A stretch of DNA of 64,000 nt from an uncultured Alphaproteobacteria bacterium (GTDB lineage Bacteria; Pseudomonadota; Alphaproteobacteria; HIMB59; GCA-002718135): positions 239,984-303,983 of the forward strand of contig CACNNQ010000002.1 in the NCBI GenBank assembly GCA_902621855.1. The letters are read 5' to 3'. Both the position numbers and the translations under genes were made by a program. The first letter of the stretch is position 1; every line of letters begins with the position of its first letter. Below, piece after piece: positions 54,845 to 64,000 of the stretch. The notes below the pieces were generated by a model. It saw only the letters and a list, made by a program, of their open reading frames with translations. It made no database searches and was not told the origin of the DNA.

Positions 54845-55773
54845 TATCCATTTGATAGATTTACATCCGACTTAACTTTTTTATTCTTTTTAAATTTTTT
54901 ATGTATTGAGTACATATATTTAACTGATGATTCTATAGCAGTAACACCTGCTACATGTGGTGTAATTGTTACATTTGGAAGTTTCCAAAATTGGCTACTT
55001 GATTTTAAAGGTTCATTTTTAAATACATCCAGATAAGCAAAAAAATTTTTATTTTTCTTTAGATGATTTAGAAGGTCTTTCTCTTCAATAGTATCACCTC
55101 TTCCAATATTTATTAAACATGAATTTTTTTTCATCATCATTAAAAAATTTTTATCTATCATATTGTATGTATGAGGTGTTGATGGTAGAATAGAAATGAT
55201 AACATCAGAGTTTTTAATAAAACTTATAATATTTTTACCAGTGTATACTTTAATATTTTTAAAACTTTTTTGAGACTTTTTATAGCCAATTACATTGTAA
55301 TCTAATTTATTCAGCAATCTTGCAATATAATGACCAAGAAAGCCTAAACCAAGAATACCCACTGTTAAGTTTTTATTATCAACTGGCATTCTTTCACCAG
55401 ACCAGTAATTTATATTTTGAGAATTTTGAAAAATTTTAAAATTTAATTGATAATTTAGGAGTTGAGCCAAAGAATAATTGGCAATCCTTTCACCCATGAT
55501 TGCATCTTTTATTCTAATTATAGGAATATTCTTATTATAATTTTTAAGTTTTAAAATATGATCTACTCCAGCTCCCATAGAAAAAATAATTTTAAGATTT
55601 TTTAACTTCGGAAGAATCTGATCTGGCAAATTCCATATAATTGCAAAATTTACATCATGAAATTTTTTGTAATCTTTTATAGAAATTATTTCTTCATTTT
55701 TAAAATATTGTTTTATTGTTTTTTTCCAAACATTAATTTTATCAAAAGTTGTATTATGAAATAATATGGTCAT
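54841..55773 (-). CDS. D-isomer-specific 2-hydroxyacid dehydrogenase (glyoxylate/hydroxypyruvate reductase A-like)
   Basis: 310 aa. NAD motif GILGLGFLGHYIA and catalytic-region motifs NIGRGD and TPHVAG. Confidence 0.8.
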   Translation of the reverse strand: MTILFHNTTFDKINVWKKTIKQYFKNEEIISIKDYKKFHDVNFAIIWNLPDQILPKLKNLKIIFSMGAGVDHILKLKNYNKNIPIIRIKDAIMGERIANYSLAQLLNYQLNFKIFQNSQNINYWSGERMPVDNKNLTVGILGLGFLGHYIARLLNKLDYNVIGYKKSQKSFKNIKVYTGKNIISFIKNSDVIISILPSTPHTYNMIDKNFLMMMKKNSCLINIGRGDTIEEKDLLNHLKKNKNFFAYLDVFKNEPLKSSSQFWKLPNVTITPHVAGVTAIESSVKYMYSIHKKFKKNKKVKSDVNLSNGY

Positions 55774-56873
55774 TGGAGATCATCTATTAACTTATTGTAT
55801 TTTAATATTTGATTTTTCCAATTTAATTCATTTTCTGCTCTAGTTTTTGCATTTTGTCCCAATTGATTCCTAAGTTGTTTATTATCTACAAGTTTCTTAA
55901 TTGTTTCATCTAACTTATTTATATTATTAATTATCAAACCTGTTTTGTTATCTAATACTGCTTCTGGTGTACCTCCTACATTTGAGGCAATTGAAGGTAT
56001 GCCATATTGCGATGCTTCAATATATGCGATTCCAAAACCTTCAATAGAATTTGAATGCGTTTCATCTAATGTTGGCATAATCATTATATCTGTTTTACTA
56101 AATATGAATTTTTTTTGACTTTCATTAATTGTACCAACTAAATTTACATTTGTATCAAGATTATATTTTTTTATTTGTTTCTTTATGTTTTCTAACTGTT
56201 CTCCATTACCAGCAATAATATATTGAATATCTGGATATATTCTTTTTAGATTAAATACAGATTTAAGTATTAATGAATGTCCTTTTCTTTTTTCGAGTCT
56301 AGCTAGAGTAAGTAAAGTTGGGTAACCATTTTTTAAATCTATATTTTGTTTTGTTATTGTATTAGTTGAATTAACACCTGGATGGATAACTTCAATTTTT
56401 TTTAAGTTCTTACTTATTTTAGTAAGCAAGTTTTTTGTGTATGTTGAATTAACTACTACTGCATTTGTTAGCTCCAATATTGTCTTAATTCTATTTTGAT
56501 GAATATCATTTTTGGTTATTATTTCATTGCCATGAACTAAACTAATTACTGGTATTTTCTTTTCTTTTAAAAAATTAATAGGTATTTCAAGACTTTTCCA
56601 GCTATCTGCTATAACAACCTCAATTTTATTAACAGAACAAATTTTTTTCAATTGAATAAATTTTTTTCTTTTTCTAAAAAATTTTAAACCCTTAAATCTA
56701 AATATTGAAAAATTTGTATTGTTTTTATCGAATTCTAAATCTTTGTAAGGATCTTGTTGATCAGCTAATACTTTTACATCATTTTTAATGCTTAAGTTTG
56801 ATGCTACATCATACATTAATGTTTCAATTCCCCCTACTTTAGTCGGAAAGCATTGTGTTAAAATGATTATCAT
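55770..56873 (-). CDS. Glycosyltransferase, GT4 (group 1) family
   Basis: 367 aa with an EX7E-type C-terminal motif region (EGFGIAYIEASQYGIPSIASNVGGTPEAV). Confidence 0.8.
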   Translation of the reverse strand: MIIILTQCFPTKVGGIETLMYDVASNLSIKNDVKVLADQQDPYKDLEFDKNNTNFSIFRFKGLKFFRKRKKFIQLKKICSVNKIEVVIADSWKSLEIPINFLKEKKIPVISLVHGNEIITKNDIHQNRIKTILELTNAVVVNSTYTKNLLTKISKNLKKIEVIHPGVNSTNTITKQNIDLKNGYPTLLTLARLEKRKGHSLILKSVFNLKRIYPDIQYIIAGNGEQLENIKKQIKKYNLDTNVNLVGTINESQKKFIFSKTDIMIMPTLDETHSNSIEGFGIAYIEASQYGIPSIASNVGGTPEAVLDNKTGLIINNINKLDETIKKLVDNKQLRNQLGQNAKTRAENELNWKNQILKYNKLIDDLQ

Positions 56874-57041
56874 TGGAGGCTATATTATTACAAATTTATT
56901 AAGTATTAATATACAAAATCAATCGGAACTATCTTATTTTTATATTTGTTTTTTATATATTGTTATATATGCATTTATTACATATCAATATTAGTATTTT
57001 TATACTTTAATAGCATATATAAATTATTAATTAACTATTAA

Positions 57042-57218
57042 ATGGATAAATTATTTAATATTTTTAACAGATTTTATGACTTTTCAAGAAATCATAATTT
57101 AAACAAAGACAAAGATCTAATAAAATACTTTAAAGCTGAATTTGGAAATGAATGGAAAATTGAATTAGATAAACATCTTATTAGAACTGAGTCTAATAAT
57201 ATAAATAAAGCTTCCTAA
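57042..57218 (+). CDS. Small hypothetical protein (58 aa), unannotated
   Basis: MDKLFNIFNRFYDFSRNHNLNKDKDLIKYFKAEFGNEWKIELDKHLIRTESNNINKAS. It is the only open frame in an unusually long 340-bp spacer and lies just below the ORF-track cutoff. I recognise no family. Confidence 0.3.
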   Translation: MDKLFNIFNRFYDFSRNHNLNKDKDLIKYFKAEFGNEWKIELDKHLIRTESNNINKAS

Positions 57219-58981
57219 ATAGCCATGGTTACTTTTTTCAACCAAATTCTTTCTTCTTTTTCTAGATAGCCCTCCAATTTTTCGTACACATTTTCATGGT
57301 ATTTATTTAACCACTGTTTTTCAATTTTATCAAGCATACTAACCTCAATAAGATCTAATTCTATTGGGCACCAGGATATATTTTCAAAGTATAATTTCTT
57401 TTCATGATTTTCTTTTACAACAAGTAAATTTTCAGTTCTTATTCCATATTCATTTTGCTTATAGTATCCAGGTTCATTGGATAAAATCATTCCTGGAAAC
57501 AATTCAACACTTTCAAACATCGATTTTTTCGCAATTCGCTGTGGAGGTTCATGAACACTTAAAAAACTTCCAATACCGTGCCCAGTGCCATGATCATAGT
57601 CTAAATTAATTTCTTGCAAACTTTTTCTTGCCAAATGATCAATATCAGTTCCTTTTGTTCCTTTTACAAAAACATGATTTGATAATGCAATATGACCTTT
57701 GAGAACTCTAGTAAATCTATCTTTTTGTTCTTTTGTTGCTTCTCCTAAAATTATAGTTCTTGTTATATCAGTAGTACCATCAAAATATTGCGCACCTGAA
57801 TCAACAAGGTAAATATTATTATCTGAGAAAGATGATTTACTTTCTTCAGTAACCCGGTAATGAGGTAAGGCTGCATTTTTATCAATTGCTGATATTGTAT
57901 CAAATGATAGAGAATGAAATAATTTATTTTTTCTTCGAAGATTTTCTAAATAATTTGCAACACTAATTTCATTATTTAATTTAGGATCCATTATATTTTT
58001 TAACCAATAAATATATTTTGTAATACTAACCCCATCTCTAATATGTGCTTTTTTTGCTCCAACTAGTTCAGTTTCATTTTTGATAGCTTTTAACAGAATA
58101 CATGGATTAGGTAAATTTTTTGGATTTATTTTTTGTTTTTTTAAAAGATATAAAAAATAATATGTTGTAGAATTAAAATCTAAACCAACAATTTCAGATG
58201 AATTAATATTGTTAAAAATTGAGTCGATGTTTTCAATATTGTTTATTTTTATTAGAGTTTGGATTTCCTTTGTTAGATTTTCTGACATTGAAGACTCATT
58301 AATATACAAAGAATGTTTATTATTTTTTGAAATTAGAAAATAAGAATAAAGCAGTGGTGTATATTTAATATCATCTGCTCTTAAATTTAATAACCAAGCG
58401 ATATTATCAAGCCCAGAAACAAAGTAGTGATCAATTTTATTTTGATCTAAAAATTTATTTAAAATATCTAATTTTTCACGTCTGCCCTGACCAGCAAAAC
58501 TTGTTGGGTGGTCAAATATATCTGTATACTGAATTTTTGGTTGATTTTCCCATAATAAATCAACAAAATTTTTATCTATCAGTTGGAGTTGAGATGTTGA
58601 ATTCTCTAATATTTTAAGTACTTTTTCAATTTCTACAATTGAATGAAGAGTTGGATCTAATGCAATTTTTAATTCTTTTTCTAATAAAATTTTTTCTAAA
58701 TCTGTCCAAAAACTATTTAAGTGTTTTGCTTGTATCTCTTTAGCATTAATTTGAGTATTTGCTTGAAAAGTATATCTTCCATCAACATACAAGAATGCAT
58801 CTATTGGTGTTATAATTGCTCTTCCTGCTGAACCAGAAAAGTTTGTTATAAAATTTAATCTTTCAGCATTTGGAGAAATATACTCATTTAAATATTCATC
58901 ACTTCTGTTTATAACAAAGATATCAGTATCTTTTTCTTTTAATAGATTTTGTAATTTTTTTAAATTTGATTGCCTTATCAT
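57215..58981 (-). CDS. pepP: Xaa-Pro aminopeptidase (aminopeptidase P, M24B)
   Basis: 588 aa. Creatinase-like N-domains plus the M24 motif DYDHGTGHGIGSFLSVHE and ...SNEPGYY. Confidence 0.85.
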   Translation of the reverse strand: MIRQSNLKKLQNLLKEKDTDIFVINRSDEYLNEYISPNAERLNFITNFSGSAGRAIITPIDAFLYVDGRYTFQANTQINAKEIQAKHLNSFWTDLEKILLEKELKIALDPTLHSIVEIEKVLKILENSTSQLQLIDKNFVDLLWENQPKIQYTDIFDHPTSFAGQGRREKLDILNKFLDQNKIDHYFVSGLDNIAWLLNLRADDIKYTPLLYSYFLISKNNKHSLYINESSMSENLTKEIQTLIKINNIENIDSIFNNINSSEIVGLDFNSTTYYFLYLLKKQKINPKNLPNPCILLKAIKNETELVGAKKAHIRDGVSITKYIYWLKNIMDPKLNNEISVANYLENLRRKNKLFHSLSFDTISAIDKNAALPHYRVTEESKSSFSDNNIYLVDSGAQYFDGTTDITRTIILGEATKEQKDRFTRVLKGHIALSNHVFVKGTKGTDIDHLARKSLQEINLDYDHGTGHGIGSFLSVHEPPQRIAKKSMFESVELFPGMILSNEPGYYKQNEYGIRTENLLVVKENHEKKLYFENISWCPIELDLIEVSMLDKIEKQWLNKYHENVYEKLEGYLEKEERIWLKKVTMAI

Positions 58982-59943
58982 AACTTATTAAATAAACTTA
59001 AATCGATATTACCACCTGAAATCATAACTATAATTTTTTTATTTTTTATATCAATTTTATTATTTAATACTGCGGCTGCTGCAACTGCTCCACCCGGTTC
59101 CACTACTATTTTAAGTTGTTCAGCTAATAAAATTATGGCCTTTGTTACTTCTTTATCAGAAACACTTAGTCCTCCTTCAAGATTCTTTGAATTAATTTGA
59201 AAGGTTATATTTCCAGGTTGAGGTGCTAATAGTGCATCACAAAACGATTTAGAATTTTTTTTATTTTCTATAATTTTGCCAGCTTCTAAAGATTTTTTTG
59301 TATCATCAAATTCATCAGGCTCTACAGAATATGATTTAATATTTGGATAAATATGCTTTAGGTATGTTGATGTTCCTGCAATAAGCCCTCCACCTCCACA
59401 ACAACATAAATACAGATCAGGTTTAATTGACTGTTCTTTCAAATCATTTACAATTTCGATAGCTGCAGTACCCTGACCAGCAATTATATCTTCATCATCA
59501 TAAGGTTTAACTAGAGCTCTATTATCCTTCTTTTGAATTTCATTTCCTATCTCTTCTCTGCTTTGAAAGTAACTATCATATAATATTACCTCTGCTCCAT
59601 ATTTTTTTGTATTTTCAATTTTTATTTGAGGTGCAGTTTTGGGCATTATTATTTTTGCACTAATGCTATTAATCATAGATGCATAGGCAACAGCTTGTGC
59701 ATGATTCCCTGATGAATATGCTACTACGCCTGAGTCTTTTACAGTTTCTATTAATTTAGTAATTTTATGTGTAGCTCCACGTAGTTTAAATGATCCAGTA
59801 TTTTGTAAATTTTCAAGTTTAAAATAAATTTCAGCTTCTAAAAGATTATTTATGTAATCATTAGTTACCAAAGGAGTTTTTGTTACCTTTTGGTTGATTA
59901 ATTTGTAAGCATTATCAACATTAAAATAGCTAAAATCAGTCAT
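58978..59943 (-). CDS. PLP-dependent threonine/serine dehydratase family protein (fold type II)
   Basis: 321 aa. PLP-lysine motif NTGSFKLRGA, SSGNHAQA and the Gly-rich loop CCCGGGGLIAG. Confidence 0.8.
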   Translation of the reverse strand: MTDFSYFNVDNAYKLINQKVTKTPLVTNDYINNLLEAEIYFKLENLQNTGSFKLRGATHKITKLIETVKDSGVVAYSSGNHAQAVAYASMINSISAKIIMPKTAPQIKIENTKKYGAEVILYDSYFQSREEIGNEIQKKDNRALVKPYDDEDIIAGQGTAAIEIVNDLKEQSIKPDLYLCCCGGGGLIAGTSTYLKHIYPNIKSYSVEPDEFDDTKKSLEAGKIIENKKNSKSFCDALLAPQPGNITFQINSKNLEGGLSVSDKEVTKAIILLAEQLKIVVEPGGAVAAAAVLNNKIDIKNKKIIVMISGGNIDLSLFNKL

Positions 59944-59992
59944 AATTTTAAAGTTTTACATCGTTTTAATGGAATAAACTAAAAAAAAATAT

Positions 59993-60277
59993 ATGTATAT
60001 TAACATGGAACAGAACAAAGTAACTTCGCCTTGCATTAGCGTATGTAAAACTGACCCAATCTCAGGGTATTGCTACGGTTGTGGAAGAACTAATGAGGAA
60101 AAAGATATTTGGAAAGATGAAAATACTTCAAATGAATGGAAACAAAGTAATTTATCTGAACTAAAATCTAGATTTTCAGATTGGCAGTTAAAGGCATTTG
60201 AAGAATCATATAAATCCAAAGTTGAAACGGGCTTATCTCTTATTAAAAAAAAATTAGCAGAAAATCGTAAAAATTGA
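59993..60277 (+). CDS. DUF1289 family Cys-rich protein
   Basis: Motif SPCISVCKTDPISGYCYGCGRTNEEKDIW. The ATG at 60006 may be the true start. Confidence 0.65.
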   Translation: MYINMEQNKVTSPCISVCKTDPISGYCYGCGRTNEEKDIWKDENTSNEWKQSNLSELKSRFSDWQLKAFEESYKSKVETGLSLIKKKLAENRKN

Positions 60278-60837
60278 AAAGTTTAATAATTTTTGTTTTT
60301 ATTTCATTTTTTTCACTCAATCTTCAATCTCAGAATAAAATGATACTTGATAACTTAGTAACACCCGGAATTTCTTCTCAAGGTCAAAACTGGACCTTTT
60401 TTACTGATGGAGTAATGGGTGGATTATCACAGGGTAAAGCGATCATATCAAAAGTTAGTGATGTTAATTGTTATCATATGACAGGAGATGTAACGACTGA
60501 AAATAACGGTGGCTTTATACAAATAAGAAATCAATTAAAACCTTCAATATCAACAGAGGAGTTTGAGGGTGTTTATTTTAAAGTATTTGGTAATAATGAA
60601 GAATACTCAATACATGTAAGAACTGCTTTAACAATGGCTCCATGGCAATATTATAAATATAGCTTTAAAACTAATTCAGAGTGGACATTAATAAAAGCTC
60701 CATTTAGTGAATTTAAAAAATCAAATGCATATCAACCAAAAAAGTTAGTTGGTCAGAACATTAAGACAGTAGGACTGGTTGCTGGTTTTAAAGATTTTCA
60801 AGCAGATATTTGTTTGTCAGAAATTGGGTTTTATTAA
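60274..60837 (+). CDS. CIA30 (complex I intermediate-associated protein 30) domain protein with an N-terminal signal-like segment
   Basis: 187 aa with motifs FTDGVMGGLSQG and TTENNGGFIQIR. The TTG start overlaps the upstream stop. Confidence 0.6.
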   Translation: MKSLIIFVFISFFSLNLQSQNKMILDNLVTPGISSQGQNWTFFTDGVMGGLSQGKAIISKVSDVNCYHMTGDVTTENNGGFIQIRNQLKPSISTEEFEGVYFKVFGNNEEYSIHVRTALTMAPWQYYKYSFKTNSEWTLIKAPFSEFKKSNAYQPKKLVGQNIKTVGLVAGFKDFQADICLSEIGFY

Positions 60838-61568
60838 TAATCTATTTTAATTAAATATAATCCTTCTGGTGGTGCAGTAACTCCTGCATGCTTTCTTTTT
60901 TTTGATTTGATAATTTCTGAAATAGATTTTTCTATTTTATTTAACCCTATATCTACAAGTGTACCAACCATGATTCTAACTTGAGAATGTAAAAAAGATT
61001 TAGCCGATATTAAAAAGTTTATTTCATCTTTATTACAGTTTATTTCTATTGAATTAATTGATTTAATTGGTGATTTTGATTGGCAATTTATTGATCTAAA
61101 AGCAGACAAGTCAAATTTGCCTATAAATTGCTGCGATTGTTTTATTAATTTCTCTGTGTCAATTTTTTTATGTACACACCAAACTTTGTTTTGCTCTAAT
61201 GTAATTGGCGATCTTCTATTTATAATTTTGTACTCATACCATCTTAATTTAGCTGAAAATCTAGAATTAAAATCTTTATCAATTTCCTCAGCATTTAAAA
61301 TAGATATTGGTTGGGGTCTTAGATAATGATTTATACCATCCCTAATAGTATCACTATCAAAATGCTGTTGTAATTCAAAATTAGCAACTTGTCCTCTTGC
61401 ATGAACGCCTGCATCTGTTCTACCAGCCCCAAATAATATTATTTTCTGTTTTGTTAGTTTTTCTATTGCCTCTTCTACCAATTGCTGAATAGAAAGCCCA
61501 TTTTCTTGACGTTGCCACCCAACATAATTAGTCCCATCATATTCTAATGTTATCCTGTAGTTAGGCAT
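60834..61568 (-). CDS. truA: tRNA pseudouridine(38-40) synthase
   Basis: 244 aa with motifs YDGTNYVGWQRQ and GAGRTDAGVHA. Confidence 0.9.
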   Translation of the reverse strand: MPNYRITLEYDGTNYVGWQRQENGLSIQQLVEEAIEKLTKQKIILFGAGRTDAGVHARGQVANFELQQHFDSDTIRDGINHYLRPQPISILNAEEIDKDFNSRFSAKLRWYEYKIINRRSPITLEQNKVWCVHKKIDTEKLIKQSQQFIGKFDLSAFRSINCQSKSPIKSINSIEINCNKDEINFLISAKSFLHSQVRIMVGTLVDIGLNKIEKSISEIIKSKKRKHAGVTAPPEGLYLIKIDY

Positions 61569-62484
61569 TTACTATATCATTAATGTTAAAGCTATATCCT
61601 CGAAGAAAATCATCTTTAGAGATAATATTTTTACCTTCTTTTTGTAAAATTAGTGGCTCTATACTTCCATCATTACAACCAATATTAAAACTCTTATCAA
61701 TAATAGTTGATGCATTACCAGTGTAATTTGATTTTCGTGCTTTTATAATTTTAATTCTTTCATTTTTAATGGTGAACCATGCCCCGGGTTTAGGTGAGTG
61801 AGCTCTTATAAGATTTAAAACCTCTTTTACTGATTTATTAAAATTAATTTTTCTATCTTCTGAAGAAATTTTTCTTGTATAACTTGCATAATTTTCATCC
61901 TGCACAGAATAAGTTATTTTTTTATTAAAAATTAGCGGGATAGTTTCAATTAATAATTTTATTCCAACTTTTGTTAATTTTTCACTTAACTCTTTTTTAT
62001 TACAATTATCTTCTATAACAACTTTTTTTTGAGTAATAATTGGTCCAGCATCTAATTTGTCAGTAAGTTGTATTATTGATATACCAGTTTCTTTGTCTCC
62101 ATTGATTAAAGAATACTCTATGGGTGCAGCACCTCTCCACCTAGGTAGTAAAGAAACGTGAATATTAATACAACCAAATACTGGTAGATCTAAAATCTCT
62201 TTTGGTAAAATTTTACCATATGCCATCACAATAATAAGATCAGGATTTAAGTTTTTCACAGTCTCAATAGTATTTCTATCAAATATATTTGGGCAAAAAA
62301 CTTCAATATTGTTTTTACTTGCAAGTTGATGAACTTCAGATTCAATTATTTTCATTCCTCTCGATTTTTTTTTGGGAGGTTGAGATAAAACAGCAGAAAT
62401 AAGAAAATTATTTTTTATTAATTCTTTCAGATAATCTGATGCTATTCTGGGAGATCCCATAAAAATTATTTTTTTATTATTCAT
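61561..62484 (-). CDS. fmt: Methionyl-tRNA formyltransferase
   Basis: 307 aa. IIFMGSP and ...NIHVSLLPRWRGAAPI. Confidence 0.9.
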   Translation of the reverse strand: MNNKKIIFMGSPRIASDYLKELIKNNFLISAVLSQPPKKKSRGMKIIESEVHQLASKNNIEVFCPNIFDRNTIETVKNLNPDLIIVMAYGKILPKEILDLPVFGCINIHVSLLPRWRGAAPIEYSLINGDKETGISIIQLTDKLDAGPIITQKKVVIEDNCNKKELSEKLTKVGIKLLIETIPLIFNKKITYSVQDENYASYTRKISSEDRKINFNKSVKEVLNLIRAHSPKPGAWFTIKNERIKIIKARKSNYTGNASTIIDKSFNIGCNDGSIEPLILQKEGKNIISKDDFLRGYSFNINDIVNA

Positions 62485-62993
62485 TATTTTTTATTTTTTA
62501 AAAATTTTTGTACTTTTTTAATTATTATGTTCCTTTTTAAAGAGGAAAGATAATCAACAAATAATTTTCCTGATAGATGATCAATTTCATGTTGTAATAT
62601 TCTTGCCTCAATTCCATTAGCTTGTTTTTTTACTAGTGAATTTTTTTCATCCAAGTATTCCAAAGTAATTTTTTCAGATCTTTCTATTTCAGCAAATTGA
62701 TTTGGTAGAGATAAGCATCCCTCCTCCATCACTACTTTTTCTTTTGAATATGAAATAATATTTGGATTAAATAGACTGTATTCAATTTGATTTTTAGTAT
62801 TTTGATCTACAAAACTAACTGTAACAATTTCTTTTAAAATACCTATCTGATTAGCAGCTAATCCAACTCCTGGTGCTTTATTCATAATATCTCTCATTTT
62901 TTTAGCTATCAATATTTCATTATTGGTCACTTTTTTAATTTTATTTGCTTTTTGGCGTAGAAGTGGATTTGGAACAAAAAGTATTTTATCCAT
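62484..62993 (-). CDS. def: Peptide deformylase
   Basis: 169 aa with motifs GVGLAANQIG, EGCLS and HEIDHL. Confidence 0.9.
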   Translation of the reverse strand: MDKILFVPNPLLRQKANKIKKVTNNEILIAKKMRDIMNKAPGVGLAANQIGILKEIVTVSFVDQNTKNQIEYSLFNPNIISYSKEKVVMEEGCLSLPNQFAEIERSEKITLEYLDEKNSLVKKQANGIEARILQHEIDHLSGKLFVDYLSSLKRNIIIKKVQKFLKNKK

Positions 62994-62998
62994 TAATT

Positions 62999-63598
62999 TT
63001 AAGTGAATTTTTTTCTAGATTGAAAAGCAGTACTTAAGGTATTTTCATCAAGATAGTGCAACTCACCACCCATGGGAATACCCTGAGCTAAGCGAGTAAC
63101 ATTCAACTCTTGAAATTTTTCTAATTTATCAGCCAAAACAAATGAAGTTGTTTGCCCTTCCATGGTAGTACTCAAGGCTAAAATAATCTCCTTAATATTA
63201 TTTGCTTCTATTCTTTTTAATAGGTTGTTTAATCTTAATTCATCAGTCCCGATTCCCTGAATTGCTGATAATGAACCTCCTAATACATGATATAATCCCC
63301 TATAGAAACCAACTTTTTCAAAAGTCCATAAATCAGAGACATCCTCTACTACGCAAATACTATTCTTATCTCTGGAGTTATTAGAACAAATATTACATGG
63401 ATTTTGTAAATCTATATTTCCACAATGATCACACTCTATAATTTTTTCATAAGATGTATTTAAACTTTGTATCAAAGATAGTAGATTCTTATCTTTATTC
63501 TTTAACAAAAAAAGAGCTATTCTCTGTGCAGAACGTCTACCTAATCCCGGAAGTTTAGATATGTCACTAATTAATTGATTGATTGGTGATTGCTCCAT
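62999..63598 (-). CDS. recR: Recombination protein RecR
   Basis: 199 aa. HhH LPGLGRRSAQR, a C4 zinc finger (CDHCGN...CNIC) and a Toprim domain. Confidence 0.95.
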   Translation of the reverse strand: MEQSPINQLISDISKLPGLGRRSAQRIALFLLKNKDKNLLSLIQSLNTSYEKIIECDHCGNIDLQNPCNICSNNSRDKNSICVVEDVSDLWTFEKVGFYRGLYHVLGGSLSAIQGIGTDELRLNNLLKRIEANNIKEIILALSTTMEGQTTSFVLADKLEKFQELNVTRLAQGIPMGGELHYLDENTLSTAFQSRKKFT

Positions 63599-63599
63599 T

Positions 63600-63923
63600 T
63601 TAAAAAGGTAACTTCATCCCTGGTGGCAGTGAAAGCCCTCCAGTTAACGATTTCATTTCTTCTTGAGCTGCAATTTCACCTTTTTGTTTTGCATCATTAA
63701 TTGCTGCAATTACTAAATCTTCTAATATTTCTTTTTCATCATTCTTTAACAAACTTTCATCAATTGATATTCTTTTAAAAGTTCCTTTAGCTGTTGATAT
63801 GACTTTTACTAGACCACCACCTGATGTGCCTTCAACTTCAATGTCATTCAGTTTGTCTTGTGCTTCTGCCATTTTTTTCTGAAGTTGTTGGGCTTGTTTC
63901 ATCATATTTCCAAAATTAACCAT
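63600..63923 (-). CDS. ybaB: Nucleoid-associated protein YbaB/EbfC
   Basis: 107 aa with motifs MMKQAQQLQKKM and ...GGGLVKV. ybaB-recR synteny. Confidence 0.9.
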   Translation of the reverse strand: MVNFGNMMKQAQQLQKKMAEAQDKLNDIEVEGTSGGGLVKVISTAKGTFKRISIDESLLKNDEKEILEDLVIAAINDAKQKGEIAAQEEMKSLTGGLSLPPGMKLPF

Positions 63924-64000
63924 TATTTCTCCTTCTTTATATTAAAATAAACTTTTTCTTCATTAGAATTAACATCTGTTAAATCAGATATAGAATGTAT
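63923..64000 (-). CDS. 3' end of a gene running off the window (dnaX suspected from synteny only)
   Basis: All 25 remaining codons are open on the minus strand (...NSNEEKVYFNIKKEK*). The stop overlaps the ybaB ATG (TAATG). Confidence 0.35.
   Translation of the reverse strand: MHSISDLTDVNSNEEKVYFNIKKEK

Noticed and set aside
1-64000. A search for tRNA/rRNA genes, CRISPR arrays, transposases, integrases, phage or defence-system genes, and toxin-antitoxin pairs.
   Set aside because: The largest spacers (56874-57041, 20607-20741, 29412-29519, 38342-38436, 39861-39927) were read directly. They show no T-loop or cloverleaf-like sequence or repeat arrays. Every ORF over 100 aa has a metabolic or housekeeping assignment, and none resembles mobile-element or defence proteins.

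Overview
AT-rich (roughly 30% GC by eye) and extremely gene-dense chromosome segment. It holds about 80 genes, most spacers are under 100 bp, and many stop/start codons overlap. Gene content and synteny are alphaproteobacterial (petABC, uvrC-pgsA-moaDE, argB-HAD-dapD-dapE, rpmH-rnpA-yidD-yidC-engB, truA-fmt-def-recR-ybaB), and the streamlining looks SAR11/Pelagibacterales-like. I found no rRNA, tRNA, CRISPR array, transposase, integrase or phage genes. Most of the window (about 20.7-39.7 kb and 45.9-64 kb) is ordinary housekeeping. Two regions deserve attention. (1) Positions 33-20606 look accessory and metabolic. A sugar-type ABC importer and a LacI regulator sit next to five SnoaL/NTF2-like 'ester cyclase' genes (nine domains, two paralogue pairs), interleaved with a stand-alone MetE-catalytic-domain homologue, a bicupin and a HisD-family dehydrogenase. 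I cannot match this enzyme combination to any characterised pathway. It is followed by a CaCA antiporter-cysQ-cysD-cysNC (PAPS-forming) operon and a GMC oxidoreductase convergent with sulfoacetaldehyde acetyltransferase (xsc). (2) Positions 39.7-45.9 kb hold a zinc island: znuA carrying an extraordinary (His-Asp-Asp)x25 insert, a palindromic Zur-box-like site, znuCB-zur, and downstream of znuA a COG0523 GTPase, a WD40 protein, an 84-aa CxxxxC protein and a DUF1636 protein. Next to it is an unannotated 27-29-codon ORF that is one-third cysteine (metallothionein-like). Two conserved genes (lgt and pgeF/yfiH) are each broken by a single homopolymer frameshift. All functional calls rest on motif and family recognition by eye; no searches were run.
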